From an uncultured delta proteobacterium (lineage in GTDB: Bacteria > Myxococcota_A > Polyangia > Polyangiales > JAFGIB01), in contig CAVZVA010000009.1 of the NCBI GenBank assembly GCA_963778655.1, positions 192,001 through 256,000 on the forward strand: 64,000 nucleotides of DNA, in the 5' to 3' direction. The position numbers were made by a program, and so were the translations under genes. Shown here in pieces: positions 18,659 to 28,864 of this stretch (the stretch's first letter is position 1; the number at the start of each line of letters is the position of its first letter). Below the pieces are notes generated by a model. The model was not told the origin of the DNA and did not search any database. It saw only the letters and a list, made by a program, of their open reading frames with translations.

Positions 18659-21600
18659 TCAGCTCGGCCAGACCAGGCGCTTGGCCGCGCGCCGGTCGAC
18701 CAGGTAAGCGCCGATCCCGAGCGCGATCGCAAGCGCGGCGAGCGCCAGCAGAGCGCGCCACGCCGCGGGCGGCATGGCCACGTAGATCGAGGCGACCAGC
18801 GTGCCCGCGAGCAGGGCCCAGCCCGACCACTGCAGCGCCGCCGCCCAACGCAGCCGCACGAGCCGGCGCGGATCGAGCGCCTGAAGCCGCTCCCACAACA
18901 GCTGCTCGTAGCGGAAGTAGGTCGATATCACGGGGATGATCTCGAGGGTCAGAAAGGCGGAGGTGAGCAGCCCGCCAACCATCGGGGCGGCGATGCGCTT
19001 CATCACGTCGGCGCCCGAGCCGCTGGCCCAGAGCAGCGGCACCAGGCCGACTAGCATGGTCGCGACCGTCATCAGCTTGGGCCGTACGCGCGCGACCGTG
19101 CCTTCCATGTGCGCGGCGATCACGTCGCTCAGATCGCGCAATTGGCCGACCGCGCGGCGCTGCTCGAGCGCGTGATCGATGTACACGATCATCACCACGC
19201 CGGTCTGGGTCGCCAGCCCGACCAGGGCGATTACTCCCACCCACACCGCGGTCGAGAGCCGGTAGTCCAGCAGCCACAGCAGCCACACGCTGCCCACCAG
19301 CGCAAACGGGATCGAGAGCAGCACGATCAGCACCTCGCCCAGGTTGCGGAACTGCATGAACAGCAGCAGCACCACCAGCATCAAGGTGAGCGGAATCACG
19401 ATCTTCATGCGCGCCTGCATCTGCTCCAGCAGCTCGTACTGACCGGTCCACTTGAGGAAGTAGCCCGGCGGCAACGCCAGCTCGCCCCGCGCGATAGCCC
19501 GCTGCACCACCGCCTTGGCATTCGCGACGTAGCCGCCGACGTCGTGCGCCGCGGTGTCGATGTCCACGTAGACGTAGCCGACCAGCAATCCGTCCTCGTC
19601 GCGCACCATCGGCGGGCCGCCCGTGGCGCGCACCTCGGCGAGCTGGCCGAGCGGGATGTACGCCCGCGCGCCCGCCTGCGTGCCCCCGAGCTGCAGCGGC
19701 GCGCTGGTGTCGAACGCGTTCGCTCCGGTCGCGCTCGCCGCTCGCGGCCCCGGGCCCATCGCCACCTGTCCGGCCCCGCCCGCCGGCGGCCCACCTGCGC
19801 CCATACCCGGGGGCCCGCTCCCGCCGCCGCCGCCCGGCAGCGGCACCAGGACCTGGCGCAGGCGCGCGATGTCGGCGCGCAGGCCGCGCGGATAGCGCAC
19901 GTTGATCGAGAAGCGGTTGCGGCCCTCGATCGTGGTGCTGACCGGGGCGCCGCCGATCGAGGCTTCGACCACGCTCTCCACGTCGCTGATGCGCAGCCCG
20001 TAGCGCGCGAGCGCGTCGCGATCGGGGATCACGTCGAGATACAGGCCGCCCAGATTGCGCTCGTAGAACGCGCTGCGCGTGCCCGGCACCGCGCCGACGA
20101 TCTGCTCGAGGCGCTTGCCGATGCGCTCGATCTCGGGCAGACCGCTGCCGAAGACCTTGATTCCGATGGGGGTGCGGATGCCGGTCGACAGCATGTCGAT
20201 GCGCGTCTTGATCGGCATGGTCCAGGCGTTGGTCCAGCCCGGGAACTGCATCTTCTGATTCATCTCGGCGGTCAGCTCGTCCCAGCGCAGCGGACGGCTC
20301 TCGGGCCAGATCCGGCGCAGCCCGCGGGCGAGCCAGCTCGGCGCCCAGCTCGAGTACCAGCGCCGCTCCGGCCGCCTGCGCCAGCGCTCCTGGGGCTCGA
20401 GCTGGACCGTGGTCTCCACCATGGTCAGCGGGGCGGGATCTGTCGGGGTCTCGGCGCGCCCGACCTTGCCGAACACCGATGCCACCTCGGGGAAGCTGCG
20501 CAGGATGCGGTCTTGGCGTTGCAGCTGGCGCTTGGCCTCCTCAATCGAGATGTTCGGCAGCGTGATCGGCATGTATAGCGTGTCGCCCTCGTTGAGCGGC
20601 GGCATGAACTCGTGGCCGAGCTTCGCCGCCAGCGGCAGCGCCGAGAGCAGCGCCAGCGCGCCGATCGCCACCGTCGAGATCGGCCGCCGCAGCGCGACGT
20701 AGACGAAGGGGCGGTACAGGCCGACGATCAGGCGCGAGAGCGGATGCTCGCTCTCGGGACGGATGCGCCCGCGGATCAGCATGTCGCGCAGGGCCGGCGC
20801 GAAGGTGATCGAGAGCAGCGCCGAGGCCAGCATCACGAAGGTCTTGGTGTAGGCGAGCGGCTTGAACAGCCTGCCGGCTTGCCCGGTCAGCGCGAATACG
20901 GGCAGAAAAGCCACCGCGATGATCAGCAGCGAGAAGAAGATCGCGGGCGTCACCTCGCGGGCGGCCTCGGCCAGCAGGCGCTTGCGGTCAGCGCCGGGTG
21001 GCGCGTGCTCGAGCTTCTTGTGGCAGGCCTCGATCATCACGATCTCGGCGTCGACCGTGGCGCCGATCGCGATCGCGATCCCCCCGAGGCTCATGATCGT
21101 GGACGGAATACCCATCAGGTACATGGGGATGAACGAGAGCGCCACGGACACCGGCAACGACACGATCGGTAGCAGCGAGCTGCGGAAGTGCAGCAGGAAC
21201 AGCGCGATCACCAGCGCCACCACAATCATCTCCTCGAGCAGCGCGTGCTTCAGCGTCGCGACCGAGCGCTCGATCAGGCCGGAGCGGTCGTAGGCGATCT
21301 TCACCCGCACGCCCTTGGGCATGCTCGGTTGCAGCTCGGCCAGCTTCCGCTTGACGCGGTTGATCACATCGAGCGCGTTCTCGCCGTAGCGCATCACCAC
21401 GATCGCGCCCACCGCCTCGCCCTCGCCGTTCCACTCCAGCAGACCCCGGCGGATGTCCGGGCCGAAGCGCACGCTGGCCACGTCGCGCACCAGCACCGGT
21501 GTGCCGCCCGCACCGCTGCTGCGGATCACGATCCGCTCGAGGTCCGAGAGCTTGCCGATGTAGCCGCGCCCCCGCACGTAGTACTCGCGTCCGGACAGCT

Positions 21601-22267
21601 CGAGCACGCGCCCGCCCACGTCGTTGTTAGACTCGCGGATCGCGACCGCCAGCTCCTGCAGGGTGACGTTGTAGGCGCGCAGCTTGTCCGGGTCGGCGGT
21701 GACCTGATACTGCTTCTGGTAGCCGCCCACGCTCGCCACTTCGGCTACCCCCGGCACGCTCCCCAGCGCGTAGCGCAGGGTGAAGTCCTGGAAGGTGCGC
21801 AGCTCGTCGAGCCCGTGACGGCCGCTGTCGTCCACCAGCGCGTACTGGAACACCCAGCCGATCGCGGTGGCGTCCGGACCCAGCACCGGGTTGGCGCCCT
21901 CGGGCAGGCGGTTGCGAATGCCGTTGAGGTACTCGAGCACGCGGCTGCGCGCCCAGTAGATGTCGGTGCCCTCGTCGAAGATGGCGTAGATGAACGACAT
22001 CCCGAACATCGAATAGCCGCGCACGTCGGTCACGTGAGGCGCACCGAGCAGCGCCGACACGATTGGATAGGTAACCTGGTCCTCGACCAGCGTGGGGCTG
22101 CGTCCCATCCACTCGGTGAACACGATCACCTGCGGCTCCGACAGATCCGGGATCGCATCGAGCTTGACGTGCTGCACGCAGTAGATGCCGCCGAGCGCGG
22201 CGAAGGCCACGGCGATCAGCACCGGCAGCCGGTTGTCAGCGCAGAAAGCGATGATCTTGGCGACCAT
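18659..22267 (-). CDS. cusA: CusA/SilA-type heavy-metal RND efflux permease
   Basis: DAIPDLSEPQVIV, VEDQVTYP, EFMPPLNEG, RIDMLSTG, RPKLMT, MKRIAAPMVGG. Confidence 0.93.
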   Translation of the reverse strand: MVAKIIAFCADNRLPVLIAVAFAALGGIYCVQHVKLDAIPDLSEPQVIVFTEWMGRSPTLVEDQVTYPIVSALLGAPHVTDVRGYSMFGMSFIYAIFDEGTDIYWARSRVLEYLNGIRNRLPEGANPVLGPDATAIGWVFQYALVDDSGRHGLDELRTFQDFTLRYALGSVPGVAEVASVGGYQKQYQVTADPDKLRAYNVTLQELAVAIRESNNDVGGRVLELSGREYYVRGRGYIGKLSDLERIVIRSSGAGGTPVLVRDVASVRFGPDIRRGLLEWNGEGEAVGAIVVMRYGENALDVINRVKRKLAELQPSMPKGVRVKIAYDRSGLIERSVATLKHALLEEMIVVALVIALFLLHFRSSLLPIVSLPVSVALSFIPMYLMGIPSTIMSLGGIAIAIGATVDAEIVMIEACHKKLEHAPPGADRKRLLAEAAREVTPAIFFSLLIIAVAFLPVFALTGQAGRLFKPLAYTKTFVMLASALLSITFAPALRDMLIRGRIRPESEHPLSRLIVGLYRPFVYVALRRPISTVAIGALALLSALPLAAKLGHEFMPPLNEGDTLYMPITLPNISIEEAKRQLQRQDRILRSFPEVASVFGKVGRAETPTDPAPLTMVETTVQLEPQERWRRRPERRWYSSWAPSWLARGLRRIWPESRPLRWDELTAEMNQKMQFPGWTNAWTMPIKTRIDMLSTGIRTPIGIKVFGSGLPEIERIGKRLEQIVGAVPGTRSAFYERNLGGLYLDVIPDRDALARYGLRISDVESVVEASIGGAPVSTTIEGRNRFSINVRYPRGLRADIARLRQVLVPLPGGGGGSGPPGMGAGGPPAGGAGQVAMGPGPRAASATGANAFDTSAPLQLGGTQAGARAYIPLGQLAEVRATGGPPMVRDEDGLLVGYVYVDIDTAAHDVGGYVANAKAVVQRAIARGELALPPGYFLKWTGQYELLEQMQARMKIVIPLTLMLVVLLLFMQFRNLGEVLIVLLSIPFALVGSVWLLWLLDYRLSTAVWVGVIALVGLATQTGVVMIVYIDHALEQRRAVGQLRDLSDVIAAHMEGTVARVRPKLMTVATMLVGLVPLLWASGSGADVMKRIAAPMVGGLLTSAFLTLEIIPVISTYFRYEQLLWERLQALDPRRLVRLRWAAALQWSGWALLAGTLVASIYVAMPPAAWRALLALAALAIALGIGAYLVDRRAAKRLVWPS

Positions 22268-22276
22268 GGGAGTGCC

Positions 22277-24016
22277 TCAACGCCAGGGCCCGGGGATCGC
22301 GGCCTTGCAGTCGTCGACCATGCTGCCCATGCCACGGTGTTGGATCTCGCAGGCCCGGCACTGCCGGTACTTGTCCGGGTACTTGGCGGCGTCGAAGTCG
22401 CGGTCGCAGCCGGACTTGGCGGCTACGGGTCGCGGCGCGGGCGGCGGCGCAGGCGGCGGCAGGCTGTCTTGCGCCGGAGGCGCGGTGCTCGCCGGGGTGG
22501 GCTCGCGCGCGGCCGGCCGCTGGCGGCGCGCCGCCGCCGGCTGCGCGGGCTGCTCCGGCTCCGGCTCGAACGCGGCCGCTTGGCTCGGCTGGCCCTCGTC
22601 GTCGTCCGCGGTTTCGGTCTCGGCTTCCGCCGGGCCGTTGATCGAGGCCTCGATGCGGCTCTCGGAGTCGAGCAGGAAGTTCGCGGTGGTGACCACGGTC
22701 TCGCCCTCGCGCACGCCTTGCAGCACCTGCACCTGTGCGCCCGCGTGCGTGCCCAGCCGCACCTTGCGCGGCTCGAAGCGACCTCCGGCCAGCGCGACGA
22801 ACAGGTACTGCGTGGTGCCGGTGTCGACGATCGCCTCGCTCGGCACCACCAGGCCCTCGCTCGGCGGCGCCTCGATCACGGCGTCGCCGTACATGCCCGG
22901 CCGTAGCAGCAGCCCGGGATTGGGTAGCTGCAGCCGCACGCGCAACGTGCGTGTCTCGGCGTCGAGCGCGGGGTAGAGAAACTGCACGCGGCCCTCGAAG
23001 CGCTTGCCGGGCAGCGCCGCCAGCGTGAAGCGCGCGCGGGCGCCCTTGCGCGCTTGCGCGATCTGCTGCTCGTGTACGTCGACGAAGACCCACACCGCCG
23101 ACAGGTCCGCGACCTGGAACAGCTCGGTGCCCGGCTCCACGTACAGCCCGAGAACCGCGGTCTTGCGCGTGACGTAGCCCGCGATCGGCGAGCGGATGGC
23201 GAGCGCGTTCTTGGGCCGGCCGCTGTGCACCACTTCGTCGATCTCCGCGTCCGAGATGCCGAGCAGCTGCAAGCGGCGTCGCGCCTCGGCCGCGAGGTCC
23301 ACGCCCACCGGCGCGAGCTTGCTGGCCGCGGGCGGCGTAGTGGCGGCGCCGGCCGACCACTTGAGCGCATTGAGCAGGTCTTGTTGGGCCGCCAGCAGCT
23401 CCTGGCTGTAAACGGTCGCCAACACCTGCCCGCGCGCCACGCGCTGGCCCGTCTCGGAGACCGGCAGGCTCTCGATCCAGCCGGCGAAGCGGGCGTGGAT
23501 CTGCGCCAGCGCCGATTCGCGCGCCGCCACGTAGCCGGTGGCCCGCAGCTGCGGTGACAGGCGCGTGCGCTTGACGACCGCCGTGCGCATGCCCAGCAGC
23601 TGGATGCGCTGCGGCGTGAGCTCGATCGGAACCATGCCCGCAGGCGACGCCGGCGCGCCGCCCGCCGGGGCCGCGACAGCCGCGGGCTCGCTGGTCGCGA
23701 TGCTCTCGCGCGGTACCAGCGTCATGCTGCAGATCGGGCACTGGCCGGGCGCGTCCCGAACCACCGACGGGTGCATCGGGCACACGTACTGCGCGGGTGC
23801 GGCCTTCGCCGTCTCCGACGCGGCCGCCGCCTCGCCTCCGCCGCTGCTGCCCTGCAGCCAACCGAAGTGGTGCGCGAGCGAGGCGAACGCGGCCACCGCC
23901 ATCAACGCCACCAGCGCCCAGCGCACCAGTGCCATCGCGCGGGTGCCGCGCGGCGGCGCGCTCCGAGAGGCCGGGACGCCTTCCCCGGGCGACTGCTGCG
24001 ACCCTGGGTCGGTCAT
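22277..24016 (-). CDS. cusB: CusB-type RND periplasmic adaptor with heavy-metal-binding domain
   Basis: YVCPMHP...PGQCPICSM, GWIE, LRPGMYG, NFLLDSES. Confidence 0.9.
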   Translation of the reverse strand: MTDPGSQQSPGEGVPASRSAPPRGTRAMALVRWALVALMAVAAFASLAHHFGWLQGSSGGGEAAAASETAKAAPAQYVCPMHPSVVRDAPGQCPICSMTLVPRESIATSEPAAVAAPAGGAPASPAGMVPIELTPQRIQLLGMRTAVVKRTRLSPQLRATGYVAARESALAQIHARFAGWIESLPVSETGQRVARGQVLATVYSQELLAAQQDLLNALKWSAGAATTPPAASKLAPVGVDLAAEARRRLQLLGISDAEIDEVVHSGRPKNALAIRSPIAGYVTRKTAVLGLYVEPGTELFQVADLSAVWVFVDVHEQQIAQARKGARARFTLAALPGKRFEGRVQFLYPALDAETRTLRVRLQLPNPGLLLRPGMYGDAVIEAPPSEGLVVPSEAIVDTGTTQYLFVALAGGRFEPRKVRLGTHAGAQVQVLQGVREGETVVTTANFLLDSESRIEASINGPAEAETETADDDEGQPSQAAAFEPEPEQPAQPAAARRQRPAAREPTPASTAPPAQDSLPPPAPPPAPRPVAAKSGCDRDFDAAKYPDKYRQCRACEIQHRGMGSMVDDCKAAIPGPWR

Positions 24017-25431
24017 GGCGTGCTCTCCTTGCGGGCGTCCGCGGGAACATCGGAGGGGACGTCGGAGATATCCATCAGCTCGTTACCGACGGTGCGCTCC
24101 ACGTCGGAGAGCGCGGTCTGCAGCCTGGCCAGGGCCCGGCTGTGCTCGAGGCGTACCTCGAGGTACACCCGCAGCGCCTCGAGCGCCCCCAACGCGTCTC
24201 CCCGCCCGGCCGCGAAGGCCGCGACGCTCGCTTGGTAGCTCTGCTCGGTTTGCGCCAGCAGCTCACGATCGACGATCTGGAACGACTCGCGCGCCGCTCG
24301 ATAGCGCGCGATCGCGTCGCGCAGCTCGTAGCGCGCGTCGATGCGGGTGGCTTCCAGGGCGCTCCGCTCGGCCGCCAGCGCGTGCTCGGCCGCGCGCACC
24401 TGCTCGCCGTGCTGGGGATTGAGCCAGGGCAGGCTCATCGAGACCATCGCGCCGTACGCGTGCGGATCGCTCTGCTGCGGCATCAACCAGTAGTCGACGC
24501 CCACCATGAAGCTCGGCCAGGCCGCGGTCTGCTTGGCTGCGCTCAGCTCGGCGGCGCTGCGTTCCACTGCGCGCTCGGCGGAGGCAATCTCCGGGCGCTG
24601 CCGCAACATCGCAGCTTCCAGCCGGCTCTCGCGCAGGTCCGCCTGCGCCGCGGTCGTCGCCGCCGGCGGGCCGAGCCGCGCATCCGCGGGCCGCGCCATC
24701 AGCGCGTTGAGCAGCGCGGCCGCCGAGCGGCGCTGCGCGGCGAGCTCGCTCTGCTCGGCGTGCAGGCGCGAGAGCTCGACTTGCAGGCGCAGCACGTCGG
24801 CCTGACTGCCGCGGCCCGTCGCGTAGTTCTCGTGCGCGAGCTGCAGGATGCTCGCGGCCAGTCGCTCGTGATCGACGCGGATGCGCTGCTCGGCGTCGGC
24901 GCGCGCGTAGTCGAAGTACGCGCGCTCCACCGCCGCGCGCAGGTCGCGTACGCGGCCGCGCTGCATCTGCAGCGTCATCTGCGCTTCGTGCAGCGCGGCG
25001 CGGCCCTGCGCGTCGAGGCTGCCGGCGGCCGGAAAGCTCTGTCTCACCCCGAGCATCAGCATGCCGGCCTTGTCGAGCGCGTAGGGTCGATCGAGCGGCA
25101 CCGCCCACTGCTCGTACTTGAGCTCCGGGTCGGGCAGGCGACCGGCGGCGGGCACCCGCGCGGCGCTGGCCCGCACGCGCTCGCGCGCCTCGCGCAGCTG
25201 GGGATTGCGTGCCAGCGCGAGCCTCAGGATCGCCGGTAGCCGCGCCTGCGCGGCGAGCTCGGCCTCGGCGCCCGTGTCCGACGCAGCGCGCGCATGGCGC
25301 GGGGGCGGCGGCATCAGGGCGGCGCTCTCGCGCAGGACCTTGTCGTAACCGGCCTGTGTCTGGGCCGGGATGCAGCTCGCGGCGCACAGCGGGAACGCAG
25401 CCGCCGCGGCGTGCAGGATCGTCTTACGCAT
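24013..25431 (-). CDS. TolC/CusC-family outer membrane efflux protein
   Basis: ALARNPQL, LPDP, YATGRGSQADVLRLQVE, SLPW; first gene of the RND operon. Confidence 0.88.
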   Translation of the reverse strand: MRKTILHAAAAAFPLCAASCIPAQTQAGYDKVLRESAALMPPPPRHARAASDTGAEAELAAQARLPAILRLALARNPQLREARERVRASAARVPAAGRLPDPELKYEQWAVPLDRPYALDKAGMLMLGVRQSFPAAGSLDAQGRAALHEAQMTLQMQRGRVRDLRAAVERAYFDYARADAEQRIRVDHERLAASILQLAHENYATGRGSQADVLRLQVELSRLHAEQSELAAQRRSAAALLNALMARPADARLGPPAATTAAQADLRESRLEAAMLRQRPEIASAERAVERSAAELSAAKQTAAWPSFMVGVDYWLMPQQSDPHAYGAMVSMSLPWLNPQHGEQVRAAEHALAAERSALEATRIDARYELRDAIARYRAARESFQIVDRELLAQTEQSYQASVAAFAAGRGDALGALEALRVYLEVRLEHSRALARLQTALSDVERTVGNELMDISDVPSDVPADARKESTP

Positions 25432-25627
25432 GGGTTCTCGTTCTCCGCGGGCGGACGCGCGACGCGTCCTTGAAACGTGAGCGACCGTGCAGGGGCCGCG
25501 CCCGCCCCGGTGGCAGGCGTCGCCCGGTTCGGCGCCCAGCGGGGATCTTCACCACCGCGAGGCGCGCGCACGCCTGGCGGGCTCGGGCCCGCGGCGTGCG
25601 GCTCGGCTCACAAGCCGGCGCGTGAGC

Positions 25628-26026
25628 TCAAATCAGCAATGCGCGGTGGAGAATGAACAGTGGGGGGCCACAGCTTGGCCACGACCCGCTGGCGAGGCTC
25701 ACGCCCGCCATGCGCGGCGGGGCAGGCGGTTGGGGCCGTGCGTCGAGCGCGGTGGCCACCAGGCCCTGCGCGGACGAGTCGCCGCGCAGCGCGGACAGCG
25801 ACTGAGCGGCGCTCGGCTGGGCTCGCACGCTGCAGCAGCAGCTCGCTGCCAGCTCGGCCTGAGGACCGTGCGGCCTGGCGCGGGCGGAGCAGCTGCAGTG
25901 GTTGGTGCTGGCCTGCGCATGCGCGCAGCGCAGCGCAGGCAGGGGCGTGGCCGAGAGCAGCAGCAACGGCAGCACGGCGGAGAGCAGCGCTCGGACGTGT
26001 GCAGCGGCTCGGGGCGGCACGATCAC
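25628..26026 (-). CDS. Small Cys/Pro-rich exported-type ORF upstream of the efflux operon
   Basis: Hydrophobic N-terminus, HCSC and SCCC clusters, Pro-rich segment, ends GPPLFILHRALLI. Confidence 0.6.
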   Translation of the reverse strand: MIVPPRAAAHVRALLSAVLPLLLLSATPLPALRCAHAQASTNHCSCSARARPHGPQAELAASCCCSVRAQPSAAQSLSALRGDSSAQGLVATALDARPQPPAPPRMAGVSLASGSWPSCGPPLFILHRALLI

Positions 26027-26090
26027 GATCCGAAGCTTAACCGCGAATGAACTCGGCTGCCAGCACCCGCCTGCGGGCCCTAGCGGCCGA

Positions 26091-27272
26091 TCACGGGAAA
26101 CGGCCCGGCCCGAACAGGTCGGCGAAGTCCTCGGAGCTCGCCACGGCCGGCAGCACGGGCAGGTCCAGGATCTCCTCGATCGACTTCAGCAGTGAGCTGT
26201 GGCTGTACTGCACCGCGCTCACCCGACCGGGCACCACCCGCGGGCCGATCGCGAGGAAGGGAGTCGTCGTGCTCTTCTCTCCCTCGTCCCAGACGATGAA
26301 GATAACGCCGTCGTGCGCGTTCGCGAAGTCGATCAGCGCGGGCAGAGCGCTCGCCAGCCACTGGTCGCCGGCCCGGATCGTGTTGGTATCGGGACAACCG
26401 CTCTGTCCGTGCATGTCGTGGCACAGATTCGGCGTGATGAAGACGTAGCGAGGCACGCGGCCGTGCGCGAGATCACCGGCCAGCGCATCGAGCGGCGCGT
26501 GGTGTTGCGCGCAGTGAAGGTTGGTCGCGGACGGTGGATCGCCAGAGACGTCGTGGAAGAACACGAACGGGTCGTGCTTGGGCTGGTAGAAACCCGAGCC
26601 GTGGATCGGGCACGCGCCGGTCTTGTCGTCGAGCCCCTCCTGATAGGAGCGCCAGTCGAGGCCTCCGCCCGCGGCCTCGATCTGCGTCACCAGGTGCTCG
26701 CTGCTACTGGTGCTGTTGCTCGCGGATGGCTCGCTGTCGTCGCCGAAGGTGTGGTCGGCGAAGGCGTTGGTGCCTGCCTCCATCCAAATGTAGTGCGGCT
26801 CGCTCAGCACGGAGATCGGCAGCACATCGGTGTAGTGCGACGCGCTCGCGTAGCGCGCCAGCAGGGTCCCATTGAGGTAGCTGGCATCCGCGCTGTTGCC
26901 GACGATCGACCGCGCGTCGTGGTTCTCCATCGTGATCACGAACACGTATTGCATGTGGCCTGCGGGCGGCGTGTAGCCGGACGCGAGCGGCGCGCCGCCG
27001 GCGTCGTCGCGCAGGCCGCCGGCGTCGGCCATGCTCGCCGGATGCGTGCTCGCGTCGGCCGCGGCCGGCCAGGCGCTGGAGCCGCCGGCGTCGAATGCGC
27101 CCGCGCCGCCGCCAGCGCCTGGGGCCGGCGCGCCCGCGCCCGTGCCTCCGCCCGGCGTGGCCGCCTCGCCGTCGTGCCCGCCGCGCGGCGCGCCGGTGCA
27201 AGCGCCGAGGGCGAGCCCCAGCAGTCCCAGCGCGCAGCCGAGACCGCGCACGCCGCCTCGCGACGCCACCAT
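26091..27272 (-). CDS. Phosphoesterase / acid phosphatase family lipoprotein
   Basis: VFVITMENH, SEPHY, KHDPF, FITPNLCHDMH, IVWDE, YSHSSLLKSIE; lipobox LGAC. Confidence 0.88.
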   Translation of the reverse strand: MVASRGGVRGLGCALGLLGLALGACTGAPRGGHDGEAATPGGGTGAGAPAPGAGGGAGAFDAGGSSAWPAAADASTHPASMADAGGLRDDAGGAPLASGYTPPAGHMQYVFVITMENHDARSIVGNSADASYLNGTLLARYASASHYTDVLPISVLSEPHYIWMEAGTNAFADHTFGDDSEPSASNSTSSSEHLVTQIEAAGGGLDWRSYQEGLDDKTGACPIHGSGFYQPKHDPFVFFHDVSGDPPSATNLHCAQHHAPLDALAGDLAHGRVPRYVFITPNLCHDMHGQSGCPDTNTIRAGDQWLASALPALIDFANAHDGVIFIVWDEGEKSTTTPFLAIGPRVVPGRVSAVQYSHSSLLKSIEEILDLPVLPAVASSEDFADLFGPGRFP

Positions 27273-27393
27273 CGCGCGATCATACGGAGGTCGCTGACCG
27301 GGTGCCACGAGGCGGCGGGGTCGCCGCGATAGTAGCTGGGGTCGAAGCGCAGGCTGCCTGCGCGCGCCACGCCTGCGCAAATCAGGTTGCCCC

Positions 27394-28590
27394 TTACTCG
27401 CAGAGTTGGGCAGAGGCGGCGTGCGTGCCGGGCCAGTCTCGCGTTTGGGCCGATCCATGAACGGCCAGCGACGCCGCCGCCGCCAGCAGCAGGAGCAGCG
27501 CAGCTGCGTGGGTGCTTGGCGCCCGAGCGTGGGCCACGGCCCGCGGCGCGCGCGCGGCCGCTGCGGCTTCGCCCGCTGTGTCGTTGGTCGCGACCCACTG
27601 CACGGCCCGGCGCGGCCGCACGTGGCCTGCCTCGCCCAGCGCCGGCGCGCCGCCGTCGTTCGCGGCCCGCGGGCGTGCGCTCGCTAGCGGCGACGCGGGC
27701 TCGCGAAGTGTCGCAACCTGGCCTGCTGCGAGCGGCCGATCCGCGGCGGCCCGCGCATCCAACCAGCCTACTAGCGCGTCATGCAAGTCGCGCATCGACT
27801 GATAGCGCCGAGCGGCCTGCCTGTGCAGGCCGCGCTCCAGGATGAGCCACAAGGACGACTCCCCGTGGCCGCGCTCCTGCAGGCGAGCCACCGCCGGATC
27901 GAGCGTGGCGGCCAGCAGGTCCGCGCAGCTCTTGCCCTCGATGGCAGGCCGTCCGCAGACGGCCTCGTAGAGCACCGCACACAGCGCCCAGATGTCGACC
28001 CGGTGGTCCGCATTCACCTCGCCGCTCGCCTGCTCCGGTGCCATGTAGCCAGGCGTGCCCGACAGCTCCGGCACGCCCGCCCGCGCACATGCCGGCTTTG
28101 CCACGCCAAAGTCGAGCAGCTTGGCATGCGTCCGGCCCTGCTCCCGAGCCAGAAAGATGTTGGCAGGCGTGATGTCTCGATGAGCGAACCCGCGTTCGTG
28201 GCAAAGGCTCAGCGCGTCGACGATCGGCAAGAGCAGTCGGACCGCTGCGGATGCCGGCATCGAGCCCTCGTGGCGCAGCAACTCGTCGAGCGAACGGCCC
28301 TCCAAGTATTCCATCGCGAAGAACGGATCGCCCCACACGGTGCGGCCCGAATCGAAGATGGACACGATTGCCGGGTGCCGGAGCTGTGCTGTGATATGGG
28401 CTTCGGTCAGAGCGTCCGCGCCTGCGGGACAGCCCTCGGGCTTGATCACCTTCAAAGCCACCGGCGCGTCCAGTCCTTCGTGCCTGGCCAGCCAGACGCA
28501 TCCCATGCCTCCCTCGGCCAGACACCGCAACAAGCGGTAGCGGCCATCGATCAAGGTTCCGCTTTGATAGCCGCCGAACGCCATGCGCAT
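27394..28590 (-). CDS. Hanks-type Ser/Thr protein kinase
   Basis: GGMGCVW, VALKV, HRDITPAN, DFG, GTPGYMAPEQ, DIWAL; C-terminal hydrophobic segment. Start 28590 or 28584. Confidence 0.88.
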   Translation of the reverse strand: MRMAFGGYQSGTLIDGRYRLLRCLAEGGMGCVWLARHEGLDAPVALKVIKPEGCPAGADALTEAHITAQLRHPAIVSIFDSGRTVWGDPFFAMEYLEGRSLDELLRHEGSMPASAAVRLLLPIVDALSLCHERGFAHRDITPANIFLAREQGRTHAKLLDFGVAKPACARAGVPELSGTPGYMAPEQASGEVNADHRVDIWALCAVLYEAVCGRPAIEGKSCADLLAATLDPAVARLQERGHGESSLWLILERGLHRQAARRYQSMRDLHDALVGWLDARAAADRPLAAGQVATLREPASPLASARPRAANDGGAPALGEAGHVRPRRAVQWVATNDTAGEAAAAARAPRAVAHARAPSTHAAALLLLLAAAASLAVHGSAQTRDWPGTHAASAQLCE

Positions 28591-28864
28591 TCTAGACTCA
28601 AGGACTGTGCCAAGAGTGCGCGCGACAACTCACCCGCCGTCACCGAGCGGGAATGCCGGGCACGACGGCTGCGGTCTTCGCCAACGTCCGCGAGGGGTCG
28701 TCTCGATCTAAGCAGCATGTGGCGGTCACGACGCCAAGGTTGCGTTTCGACGCAAGACCTGCGCCGCGTGCGCGCTCGAGCGCGATGCCGGTCTTTGAGC
28801 TGGCCGTGCGCGGCCGCGCTTGCGGTCAGTCAACCACAGCGTTGCGGACGGTGGCCCGTTGCCA

